Origin: Tricharina praecox
Lineage: Eukaryota
Assembly (NCBI RefSeq): GCF_024521635.1
Contig: NW_026250405.1
Coordinates: 1,302,001 to 1,366,000 of the forward strand
Direction of reading: 5' to 3'
DNA length: 64,000 bases
Both the position numbers and the translations under genes were made by a program. The number at the start of each line of letters is the position of its first letter. The stretch's first letter is position 1. The notes beneath the pieces are model-generated. The model was given only the letters and a program-made list of their open reading frames with translations, was not told the origin of the DNA and ran no database searches. Positions 50,481 to 62,093 of this stretch are shown in pieces.

Positions 50481-52389
50481 TTATGCGGACCCAACCTGCT
50501 TGGTCTCGGCTTCCTTGGTGCTTGCCGTCTTTTCGCTGTCATTTTCGGTGGGTTTCGTGACAGCGGCGTCCTTCATCTCGACATCCTCCGTCTTGGTCTT
50601 GGGGGCCTTCGCCAAGGCTTCGTCGTCTTTCTCACCCTGGGAAAACTGTTCGTCATCATACTCTTCATCGGTAGCAGAGTCTGAGGTGAGTACCTCACTG
50701 CCATCTCCCAGCACAATTACACGTCCAGAGCGTAACGCCGAGCGGATGACTCCGGCCTTTTCTTCCTCCTCGTCGTCGAACTCATCTGGGCTGTCGCCTG
50801 AGAACCCGCCTTGTTTGCGTGGTCCACGGGATTCGGCTGTGGCAAAAAAAACCATCAGTATCCAGTGCTTGAATCGGCGGAAAGAGGATCACTCACCATA
50901 TTCGGGCGGAGCACACGGTCCGTCACCGTCGGCAACGCGCTTACAAATCATGTCGTACCACTGCTCCTTGGTCTTGCCCCGGAGAAGGCCGATGATAGCC
51001 ATGGTCATGTTGTCGCAGCCAACACCTCCAGTTTCGCTATTATTGGAAAGACAATTGTCCATGAGGTTCTCACAGATCTTGTGGAGCTCCTGTCTCTCCG
51101 CAATCCCCCTGCGCACAAATTCGATGACGGCTTGGGAAGACTGGCAATCCCAGATACCTAGATGCATTTTAGCACGGGATGGCTGGCAGTCAGTAATCGG
51201 GAAACCTACCGTCACAGGCAACAACCAAGAACTCGTCGTCGTCCGCGATATCGTGGATCATCACATCGGGGTACGCGGTGACGATCTGCTCCTCCGGGGG
51301 GAGCTTGGCACTCTTCTTGAACTCGAAATCACCGATAGCACGGGACAGCGCGAGGTTGCCGTTAACACGACCAAAGTCCACGAAACCGCCAGCGGCCGTT
51401 ATCCGAGCTTTCTCGCCTGTAGTTATGTCGTCAGCAAGAATGTCCGGTATCTGCTGCTCGCGATGTCCGCACCTTCGTTTTGGGGTTTGTGGTCGAAAGA
51501 CAGAGGCTTAGCTCTTCCCTTGACACCCAAGACGGTCCTCGAATCACCGGCGTTGGCCTGCATTACGGTAAGCATCCATGAATCGAGCCATTGAGAATGT
51601 CGGAAGCAAACATACAACGTATATTTTGGTGTTCGTGATCAAGGCGGCCGAAGCGGTACAGCCCGAGACCTCGTCCTCGTAGCGGGCATCTTTTGAAACA
51701 CCAAATCAGACAAGATTCTTCACATCAACTCCGCATCCGTGACCATCGCCACCGCCAACGTCCCCGCGTGACCACCGTACCTTGCAGGATAGCTCTATCG
51801 GTAGCCAAGAACGCGTCCTTGAGAGCTTGCTCGAAGTCTCCGGCGGCGAAAGCAGCCTGTTTGGCGAGAATCTTGTGTATGTTCTCTCCACTGAAGATGG
51901 CTACCTTATCACCACCGTGTCCGTCGTAAACACCAAAGAAGCTCAAGCGCTCCTCAGCCGTTGTCGGCCGCTGCGGCGAATCGCTGTTCTGGAGGTCGAG
52001 GATGGCAGCATGGGCGTCTTCCATCGAGATACGCCATCCCTGCATGCTAGAGAGGCCGTAGATGAGTCGCTCATCCGCGCCGGTGTCGGAGAACTGGAAT
52101 CACACACACGCAACGAATTAGCCAACCGCGTTGCAATCCAGGAGGAATGAACATCATCGCGCTAATATTTCTGGGGGAAAATTCTGCCGCAGAATCGTTG
52201 GACGATAACGCCGGGTAGGATAAGCGGAAGAGTTGATGATAACGATAGGTTGCGACAGAGCATCCAGCTCATCGTGAAATCGCACTCGACGGGGGGTGAG
52301 GAGGGTAGCTCCACGAAGCAAAAGAAAGCAGCAACTGCCAAGCATCCACATACCTTCTCAACGACCGGTTCAGAGAGGGTCTGTCCCAT
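50481..52389 (-). CDS. PTC2: Protein phosphatase 2C, Ptc2/Ptc3 type
   Basis: Exons 52389-52354, 52093-51781, 51689-51616, 51557-51473, 51416-51210, 51157-50897, 50836-50481. Motifs: [60 protein letters not shown] and GCDNMT. Confidence 0.95.
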
Positions 52390-54206
52390 GATGAGGCTGG
52401 TGAAGCCTAGTTATTCGAGATAGGATGGGACGACACCGCAGGTTGGTGCTCGAAGTTGGGTTGTCGCAGTTAGTTTGGTTGCGGGGTGTGGGGTGGGGCA
52501 AGACGAGAACAGAGATGCGCGGTTATCGGGGTTGGGAGGGGGGAAGAAAGGAAGGATGATGGTTGAGAGGCACGGGGAGGGGGAGGTGAAGCTGAAGCTG
52601 AAGGTCCTAGATAGACCAATCCGAGCTTCTTCTGATTTGTGAAAGGAGGAGGAAGGAGAGTAGGAGGGAGGAGGGAGGGGAGGCAGAGAACGAGTTCTCT
52701 TGATGTTGCAGGTTTGGGTTAGCGTGGTTTTTTGGTGGTTGCTACCTGTTGCGGCGGCTGCGGGGGAACTTGGATGAGGGAAGGAGGGGCTTTCTATGGC
52801 ACTTATTTTACATGTCCAGTCACCAGTGTGTACACGAGGAGAACTCTTCGAATGATTTGACTTTGCTGACTCCTTGCGTACCTAAGAACCAACTATTGCT
52901 TTTCTTTCTTTTTGATTGACTTCGATCAAGTCAGTTCTCTGGATTCTTACGGAGTCTACAGAGGATGCGGGTTTGAATTACGAAGACCCATCGTCCTGTT
53001 CGCAAAGTGGTCAGAGAACACACCCGAGCAAAGACTTCCTTCCATGCAGGCTGGCTTCTCGATGGCCCGGAATACCTATCAGAATATCACATGTCGTAGC
53101 ACGGCAGAATACTCCTGAGCAGAGTCCCGGGAGTTCACAAGGAGTCACTCTGGCTCTTCTCGCCGGTATTCGGGTCGTTGCTTTTTGCCTTCCCGTCTGC
53201 CCGCACGAGACTCTCGTGAGATCTGTCAATCAAGAATGCGTGGCGAAGATGGCGAAGATCCCACTAACCCCGCGATTACCAGCACCAGTGACACCAATCA
53301 TAGCCGGCGGTTCGAGAGGGCGCCGACAAGGAGGGCTAGAACGCCATGCACGCGTGCTTTGGACCAGATAGGTTGGCTGTCGTGTGGGCTGAAGCGAGGC
53401 CTCCACTCAGCCACTGACATCCACGCCGGCAGTAAAGGCTACCGCCCGGAAGAGTAGGTTTTCGTCGTGCATAGGAAGCAAGTAAGCGCGCGAATCGAGG
53501 AGGAAGACTGCGAATACTCGCACTCGAGGACGCAGCTGCTGCTCCCGACGAGAAGCGGTACGCAGGTAGCGATGTAGTTACGTGCGCTCGGCTCCTTTAG
53601 ACGCCGCCACCCAGAGTTCTTCGACTCTGCTCCGCAGCACGTCGACACTTGCCTCATTCGTGCCCGCATGCCTCGCACAACGACGAGCTTTGCAAGTCGC
53701 GGAGTGCCGAATCCTTGCCGGCATATACACCGCAATTGTGTTTGCCCACGTAGCAAGCCGTCGAGGTACATCCGTGATATCCCCTCTCAACTAATGCAAA
53801 TTCTTCCCAGAATAACGACTCCACTCATTTATTTCTCTCAATAGATGACCACTTCCTGATTAAAAGGTTACGCAGCATTCACGGAGACCTTCCGCTGGCC
53901 ATCACAAAGCTTGGTCTCGGCTCCGCGGATGAATGTCCATAGAGAGCTCCAGCCTCTGACCAGTCCAATCAGTGCATGTCTTGAAAGCTTCTGTCTTTGT
54001 CCTCATCCGGAAACATACCTCATCGACCGCCTCACCTAAATTTCCCCCTGGATGCTTTGGCTTTCTTTGAGGCCGTCGGCACATACAGGGTTTGTACGTC
54101 AACTAGACATGACGACGGCTGAGATGGTTGCGGCACGGCCTGATACCATCGGCAGAGGCCCAGAAGCAATGGCAGGTCACATCTTCGTCACATAAAGCCT
54201 CCCGTC

Positions 54207-54707
54207 TCAAGCGTCCACCTCGAGATTTCTCTCCATCCGTATTCCATCTCGTCCAGGAGAGTAGTAATTCCTCACTATCTGCACCTCCTTGAATCCGCAA
54301 GCTTCATAAAGCCTCCTTGCCGACACCCTCGTCGTATCCACCCAAAGATCAACATTCTCCGCCGCCGCCTTCTTCAATTCCTTCAGAACCATACCCACCA
54401 TCCACTTTCCAATCCCTTGTTCCCGGAAGGGCTCGACCACGCAGACTTTATGGATCCGCGTCATCAGTTTCGAACGGATGTGAACGGTGTAGCCGCAAAG
54501 TTCGGGTCCGTCTGCTCTCGTGTGGTAGACGCAGTGGAGTACTGTCGTGCGTTTTTTGAGCTCCGAGTCGAAATCGAAGGCTTCGTTGCCGGGGAAAGTG
54601 CGTTTCTCGGTCTGTTTGATGGCGGCTAGCAGGCGGGCGGAGGCGGGAATGGACTTTCCCGGAAGGCGGGCGAAAGTGAGACTGGCCAAATCGACTGGTT
54701 CGGCCAT
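54207..54707 (-). CDS. GNAT-family (RimI/NAA-like) acetyltransferase
   Basis: Intronless 166-aa ORF with acetyl-CoA motif A VCVVEPFREQGIG, plus ARRLYEACGF and NYYSPGRDG. Confidence 0.85.
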   Translation of the reverse strand: MAEPVDLASLTFARLPGKSIPASARLLAAIKQTEKRTFPGNEAFDFDSELKKRTTVLHCVYHTRADGPELCGYTVHIRSKLMTRIHKVCVVEPFREQGIGKWMVGMVLKELKKAAAENVDLWVDTTRVSARRLYEACGFKEVQIVRNYYSPGRDGIRMERNLEVDA

Positions 54708-54894
54708 GACGGTGAACTTGTAACGGAAGTTGACGGAGATGGGAGACTTTTGTGTGGTTCGCTAATTTGTGTCACCTAAGCGGCTCAGTGATGCAAGGGT
54801 CCACCCACTTTGCTGCCCCTCCATTGTTATCTCCATTCTCCAATCATTTTCCGCAATCCAACACCGATACCCTCAACCTCACAACGCCACCGAT

Positions 54895-55904
54895 ATGAAT
54901 TTTTTCGATGATAACTCAGATGTGGAGCACGATCAGTTCGATGGCATCGTTGCGCATCCAACGATAATGCAAGCCCGCGATACGGAAACGGACTTTGGAG
55001 GACTTCTCGCCGCGCCAATAAAGCTCCACGAAGACCTCGCGAAGGGCTGTGGCGGACAGATATGGCCTGCTGGGGAACTTCTGACGAAATATGTCTTGAA
55101 GATGTATATGGGTACCCACGGATTGCGGAACAAGCGAATCCTCGAACTAGGTGCTGGAGGCGGGTTGACTTCGTGGGTCTTTCTGTTGCGGCACGGGCGA
55201 CATGGAGCGGGAGTTGATTGTCTGTTCGTTGTGTTCGCAGACTGGCGGTAGCCGCAGGATGTGATCTCGAAGGAAGCGAGCTGTTCGTCACCGATATGGA
55301 CGCGATGATTGACCTGATACACAAGAACATCGCGCTGAATGGCTTGCAGAAGGTGCCCGAGCTCAAGGTGGAGCTACTCGATTGGTAAGTCACCCTTCTT
55401 CCGGGGGGCGCTTCGTTGTTTCTGTGAGCTCATTTTCTCCGAAGGAAGGATCCCATCCCCGAAGTAATAGCTACTAAACCGATAGACATCGTCTTCGCCG
55501 CGGATTGCGTACCGAATATCCCTACATCGTTCCGACTCCATTGCCAGTAACTAAACGGCCATGCAGGTCTATTATGAGCCGGCCTTCCCACTACTAGAGA
55601 AGACGATAAAAGCTCTAGTTTCCGACAATACGGTCGTCTACTTCTGCTTCAAGCAACGAAGAAGGGTATGTTTGGTCGACCGACAGCTACCACTCAATGC
55701 ATACTTACAATGGCGTGTAATAGGCCGACATGCAATTTGTGAAGACGCTCAAAAAACGCTTTAGCATGCACGAAATCACTGAGCTCCGACAGGAGCCTGA
55801 ATATGCGGCATTTTCTCGGGAGAATCTGCATCTGTAGGTTGATTCGATTCCCATGAGCTATCCTACTGACAATATCCAGGTACATCATGACAAAAAAAGT
55901 ATAG
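54895..55904 (+). CDS. EFM6: Protein-lysine N-methyltransferase (METTL21/family 16), Efm6-like
   Basis: Exons 54895-55172, 55241-55384, 55445-55508, 55567-55665, 55724-55833, 55880-55904. Motifs: LHEDLAKGCGGQIWPAG, ILELGAGGG, LDW, AADCVYYEPAFPLL and FKQRRRAD. Confidence 0.85.
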
Positions 55905-56005
55905 ATAGGCATCCTTTTATGATATGACGAATGAAATGACGAGGCGGGCAGCTACATATTTGCATTTATCTCCATTGGTCCACCGTGGGAGATACTACAA
56001 AGCAC

Positions 56006-57243
56006 CTACATATCTAACCGTAGAACTTCCCGCATCCAGTCGGTGATAGCCACATAACACGGCATAGGATCTTCTTCAAAGCAAAAATGACCAACCTCCT
56101 CGATTCCACATGTTGTGAGACGCTCCTTGTACGACATATATTCCCTCCACACAGCCGTAACGTCATAACGCGAACCCAAATACTTCTTTGAGTAGACCAC
56201 CAAAGTTTGGAACTTGATCCTCTTTCCCTCCTCGTGGTCTTTTGCCTCCAATTGGGCATCTATATGCGCTGCGGCACGGTAGTCGGCGCAGGACGCCGCA
56301 ATGACCGATGGTTTGATGAAATGCTGCTTGAAAACCTCGACACCGGTCGGACCCAAGAAATTGGCGCGGCCCTTCTCCGAGGTCCCACCCCAGCCCGTGA
56401 GGCAGTTCCCCACCCATTCAGGACCTCCGTATTTCTCAATCATAGTTTCTGGTATAGGATATGGTGCAGCCAAGAGCGACCTACGTTCATTCAGCAACCT
56501 TACTTGCTTGCCCTTCCGGGCAGGTGGCACCAACCAATGATACGTCGCAGCCGCATGAACTGGATTCGCAAACGACTGGAACTGTACAGTGATGGGCACG
56601 ATATCCCCCAGCACAATCCCGAGAATATCGAACAGCGGGTAGTCCTCGAAATCGAAGGCGATCCGCTGGATGATCCGTGCTCCGCGGTCGTGACCACACA
56701 GAATCACTTTCTGCTTGGGGCCGCCGCCGCCGGCAACTAAGCCTAGACATTTGGCTAGCCCGTCGAGAATGTCACGCCCGATCGCATGCTTGGAGTATGC
56801 GGAGGTTTCGGTCGTGGGCACTGACTTGGTGCTCTCGCCGTAGCCAGGGAGCTGAGGGCGTCAGTTGTGCATTGCTTACCTTTGGCCTACGGTACCTAGT
56901 GGCGGATGTTACGTACATCGGGAATGAACAGTGGTAGATCCGGCGGAAGATATTGTGGAGCAAAGCGGAACCTTTGGATATGTATCAGATGGCGTCTGGT
57001 GGCCGCGGCAGTAGGGGCTCTTACTCCCATGAGCTATCATCAATTTTAGCTTCAAATCGGTCGTGAAATCGTCAGTATACTAGTAGAGAGGGGCACGAAC
57101 GACTGAGGATATCCATGGATCAGAACCAGAATCGGCTTGTTCCTGTCTCCAGGGTCGATTCCACGGATCCGTGCAAACAGTTGCACATTGTCATTTGCGG
57201 GGATGATGACGTTGGTGAAGGATGGGAAGAATTCCGAAGACAT
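56006..57243 (-). CDS. Alpha/beta hydrolase, haloacetate dehalogenase/epoxide hydrolase clade
   Basis: Exons 57243-57101, 57033-57025, 56971-56917, 56851-56535, 56480-56006. Motifs: LIHGYPQS, PDLPGYG, GHDRGAR, YHW, ADYRAAA and GHFCFEEDP. Confidence 0.85.
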
Positions 57244-57727
57244 GGCTGTGATCATTCAAGGGTGTAGACAATGTGCTCTGCTGAGCAATGTCCGAGACTG
57301 TATATACTGCTGACCGGTTGACGTCGGGTATTTGACAGGACCCATTGAAACATGTGAGATTATTTACATACAACCTCTAGTCGGTGGTTTACCGTCTGAA
57401 ACCCGGTGGAGCACGTGGATTTCCCAGATAAGTTACACGTAATGACGTCTTTACGCCTAATTACACCATTCGATTCTAGACCCCTGTAGCTAAGCTTCCT
57501 GAAGTTTCGGTACGGGCTTCTACGGTCCCGCCATAGCACGGCCTTGGGTTTGAGCGGCCCCGCACCGTCGCCAACAAAGTCCGACACACGCCCCATCACT
57601 CACCGTCTTGGCATGCAGGGTACATTGACGTGGGGGTCCGTGCATAGTCGCGAGCTCTCAGGAGAGAGGCGCGGCGAAACATCCTCCGAACAGAAACAAC
57701 AGCCAGCAAGCCTGACGATGACTTGAA

Positions 57728-59828
57728 ATGCCCTCCTCACCAGCGCTACAGATCTCCACGCTCGACAGCCAGAGTAGTACCAACAACCGCAATAGCAATG
57801 AGCTCCTTTACACATCGTCCGCAACGAACTCCGATGACGACCTGGTCGTCGCCCGCGGCCCCGACATCTCCGTCTCTAGCCGCGTAGCTCCTCCTCCGAT
57901 CATCACCACCGCCAGTATCGTGAACACCACGCCGCGCACGCCGAACAGAGTGCGCTTTGCGCTCGACGATGATACGGTCGAGGCCGCGGTTGGGCTTGAG
58001 CCCGAGGATGACGAGGACGACGACGAGGACGACGCCTGGGAGAATCATGATTATGCCCGCCCGGATGATGCGGATGGCCGCGCGCCGCTGCTGACCGGAA
58101 TGATGGCACCATCGGTGGCTTTCGCTAATGACCTCGACGACGACGACGATTTGATGGGGCACCATAGGCCTAAGAGTGGGTTCTTTTCGGCATTCGTCAA
58201 TATGAGCAACTCGATCATCGGCGCGGGAATCATCGGTGCGTTTATGTGTCTGGTTTCTTCCTGGATGATGGGAACACTGGGTCGGAGCATGGGAAGCTAA
58301 CGGGGTTGCTGGTTGTAGGACAGCCGTATGCTTTCCGGCAGGCCGGGCTCGGCGCTGGTGTGTTCCTCCTGGTGTCACTGACTGTTGTTGTACGTTGTGG
58401 ACTCCAAATTTACATTCCCAGTGGAATTTCGGACTGATGGTCCGGATTATACAGGTCGACTGGACTATCAATCTCATTGTCATCAATTCTAAGCTCAGCG
58501 GAGCCAATTCGTTCCAATCAACGGTGCAAGCCTGTTTTGGCAAGCCAGGACTGATCGCGATATCTGTAAACTTTCTCCTGTCTCTTTCTTTCCTTCCGTC
58601 CTTCCTTAAAATCCAGTTGCTGAATCGAAAGAAATGCGGATAGGTAGCACAATGGGCTTTGTAAGTTAACTACCATCATGTTTTCGTTGAGCGGCATATC
58701 TGATACGATTCTTTGAAGTGCCTTCGGAGGCATGATTGCGTTCTGCATCATTATCGGTGACTCGATACCGCACGTCGTTACCGCTGTCGTCCCGAAAATC
58801 AATGAGATACCGATACTATGGGTGCTCGCCAATCGGAAGGCTGTCATCGCGATTTATACCTTGGGGATCTCGTATCCCCTTACGCTCTATCGAGACATAG
58901 CGAAGGTCCGTTTGTGGATTCCTGCGTATCGGTAATTAAGGGATACTAATGTCAATGGTAGTTGGCCAAAGCAAGCGCCTTTGCTCTAGCTAGCATGATT
59001 GTTATCGTTGTCACGGTCGTAACGCAAGGGTTCCAGGTGCCAGCCGCAGACCGGGGAAACTTCTCCCTACCGCTTCTGACCGTAAACGATGGCTTCTTCC
59101 AGGCAATTGGCGTTATATCATTTGGTTTGTCTCCTTCTTACAGTTTCAATCCCACAAGCTAACGTCATGTGCAGCATTCGTTTGCCGTACCGCTCCCACT
59201 CGATGCGTTTCCTCTGATTTCCTACTGACAATAACCAGACCATAATTCGCTCCTCATCTATGGCTCCCTCAAAACCCCCACAATCGACCGCTTTGCGCGG
59301 GTAACGCACTACAGTACCGCCATATCTTGCGTGATGTGCCTCCTAATGGCGCTATCAGGCTTCCTCACGTTCCGCGACAAAACGGCCGGCAATGTCCTCA
59401 ACAACTTCCCGAGTGACAACTGGATGGTGAACGTAGCACGACTGTGCTTCGGCCTAAACATGCTAACCACACTTCCGCTCGAAGCATTCGTCTGCCGCGA
59501 GGTGATGGAAACCTACTTCTACCCCGACGCCCCCTTCAGCATGAAGCGGCATCTGATATTCTCGACGGGACTTGTGGTCTCAGCCATGTCCGTCGCCCTG
59601 GTCACTTGCGACCTCGGCGTCGTGTTTGAGCTCGTCGGCGCTACCAGTGCCTGCGCTCTCGCCTACATACTCCCGCCGCTGTGCTACATCAAGCTTGCCA
59701 CTAAGAGCCGGAAGACGTACATCGCCGGCGCGGTCGCCGTCTTTGGAGTATTAGTTATGGTCATCAGTCTCGTGCAGAGCGTTCTCAAGATCATACATGG
59801 AGGAGGTGGGGAGGGGAAGTGTAGGTGA
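57728..59828 (+). CDS. AVT2: Amino-acid transporter, AAAP/SLC38A11 type (Avt2-like)
   Basis: Exons 57728-58235, 58319-58389, 58455-58565, 58644-58660, 58719-58905, 58962-59124, 59175-59186, 59239-59828. Motifs: AFVNMSNSIIGAGIIGQPYA, AFGGMIAFCIIIGD, FAFVCHHNSLLIYGSL, GNVLNNFP and TTLPLEAFVCRE. Confidence 0.9.
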
Positions 59829-59955
59829 ATATGTGTATTCTACTATCTAGATGGGTGATGTTATATCTCGTGTTATTTTCGCAGCACAGTTAGTTGCAGC
59901 GGACTCGAGACAAGGCTTATTTCGGTTCGCATTTGCTTTTGTTTTGGCATTAAAT

Positions 59956-60192
59956 TAGGTCGCGGTTAAAATGGCTCGCGATTTACTTTGGGAATATCTG
60001 GATTCTGGGGCGAGTCGACTCAGTTCAATACGGAGTTCCTGCCGGCTCAACGATAATTTCCTCGTCCGCCGCAGTCCATCCCCGCTTTTCACCACAACCA
60101 CAACTAAATAATGCCACCAAAGCGGGAATTTGGGGGAGAGCACTATGAGTCTATTGAGACTCGGATTCGAGAGGCTATCGACGTTGTGGAGG
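59956..60192 (+). mobile_element. 5'-end fragment of a Fot1/pogo-type transposon (leader plus ~28 codons)
   Basis: 60041-60192 aligns with the reverse complement of 62012-62177 (MPPKREFGGEHYESIETRIREA vs MPPKRKFEEESYESIEARIQEV). A possible TA-flanked terminus lies at ~59956. Confidence 0.75.
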
Positions 60193-60260
60193 CAAAAAAA
60201 ATCAATTATCTACACGAGCCCGCTCGCTCGCACCCGCTCCCCTCTTCCACCACCATAACT

Positions 60261-62093
60261 CTACCACAAAGGGAGAACTCGAGATTTCTTCTTCTTCTCT
60301 CGCTCTCGCACTCTTCCAACCATTTGGAGCTCTGAAAAAACAACCTTCCAAGTTGCCCTCCTCTTTGAATAAACACAAGCGCGCGCACCAGAGGACTTCT
60401 TCGCTCGCGCTCTTCCAACCTTTCTGAGCTCTGAAAAAACAACCTTCCAGGCTGTCTTCCTCTTTGCATAAAAGTCCTTCATCTCCTTCCTTCTCCGTTT
60501 GACTTCATCCGGGAAGGGTTTTCGCTCCGCTTTCTGTGCGCGCTTCCAAGCTTCGTGGAGTCGGCGCCCTGCTGCCTCCATTTTTTCCACTTCCTCCTCC
60601 TCCCTCCGCTCCAGCATATCCCTCGACCTTTCCGCGGCTGTTACAGCGGCGAGATCAGAAAAAGCTTGCTCTGCAGCCTGCGCTAGCACCACCGCTCCTT
60701 TGAGGGTAGCCTCCATCCTGCGCCGGAAGCTTGGGGAGATGCCGCGAACAGCTGCATTAAGCAGAACTTCTTCTGCTCGACGCTTCAGGGAGCGTACGGT
60801 GAGCGGTGTTTTTGGCGTTTCCGGTTCGGCCTCGGTGTCCTGGGCCCGGGGTGGCGGCGTCGTAGGTGGTGTGGTAACAGAGGCAGCTGCTTCGCGCATT
60901 TTGGCTAGTACTATCTCGGGGTTGTATGGTACTAGGCCGGTTTTCTGGAATGCTGAGACGATGGTCGCAGGCTTGAATGTTCGACAGCGGATATCGGGAA
61001 TTGCATCGAAAAATTCCATTTTGTCGTACTTCAAGAACCCCGTTGGTGTTGCGGCTTCAACAGCCTCGACATGGTACTGCTTGTAGAGCTGGAACAGATC
61101 CACATCCAGTGGTTGTAGTAGATGAGAATAGTGCGGTGGTAGGGAGAGAGGAATAATCTTGTGCTCATCGCAATAGTCAATAAATTCCTCGGTGCAGTGA
61201 GAACCGTCGCCGTTAAGGAGGAGAAGCCGATATTCGCCGAGACATCGCCGAGCTGAGAACCGATCAAAATGCTCGAGCCAGCCCATGCTGTGTTCATCGT
61301 TGGAGGATCCTGTATCCGAGACACCTACAAGATAATGGTCGGGAAGATTGGTGTACCACTCTCCTTGGTGATGGGTTTCCCGAACGATGATCATGGGTGG
61401 TAGTGCGTCGCCATCAGCGCTGATGGTTTCGCACACAGTGACGAGTTCTCGATTTGTCGTTCTGCCGGGATATACTTGACGGTCTCGCTGCCGCGTGATA
61501 ACCCACTGATCTTTCGCGGTACCAATGCGGAAACCAATCTCGTCAAAGTTGTAGATATCTCGAGGCTGAATACCGCGTTGGTCACATATCTTCTTGAACT
61601 CCGCAAACCACTTGCGGACTCCCTCCGGATCGTGAGCCTTTTTGCGGGGGATATCGATATAGATATCCGTAGTGTTCTGCTTTCGGACAAAGTATTCGGG
61701 ATGGCGCTTGAGAAATCGCTTCGTCCAGTTTTGTGAAACAACAGGTGGTTGGGTATCGGGGTCTTCATGCGCACGCGCGAGGATCGCGTCCGCACAGCTC
61801 GCAACCATCTTCTTGAGAACACACGTCCCCATCGCATCCAAACGATCCAGATAGAGGCAAACAGCAAGTTCCTGATCTTCTGAAAGCTTTCTCTTACTTC
61901 CTGGTCGGTCACTCTTCGACTGTCGACCGTTCCATCTCGCTCGTAGTCTTTGTGGTGGAAGTTCAAACTCCCGCGCAGTACCTGCGATGTTTGGCTTTTC
62001 CTCCCCTCTCTCCTCTAAAATCTCAAGGACCTCTTGAATCCGAGCCTCAATAGACTCATAAGACTCTTCTTCAAATTTCCGCTTTGGTGGCAT
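60261..62093 (-). mobile_element. Fot1/pogo (Tc1-mariner superfamily) transposase ORF, 610 aa, uninterrupted
   Basis: HTH-psq/CENP-B-like N-terminus (NIAGTAREFELPPQRLRARWNG, KLSEDQELAV, NWTKRFLKRHP). DDE_1 motifs IYNFDEIGF, LLLLNGDGSH, LPPHYSHLLQPLDV and SAFQKTGLVPYNP. No matching TIR pair found. Confidence 0.92.

Noticed and set aside
50500..51594. 364-aa + strand ORF
   Set aside because: Antisense shadow of PTC2 exons and introns.
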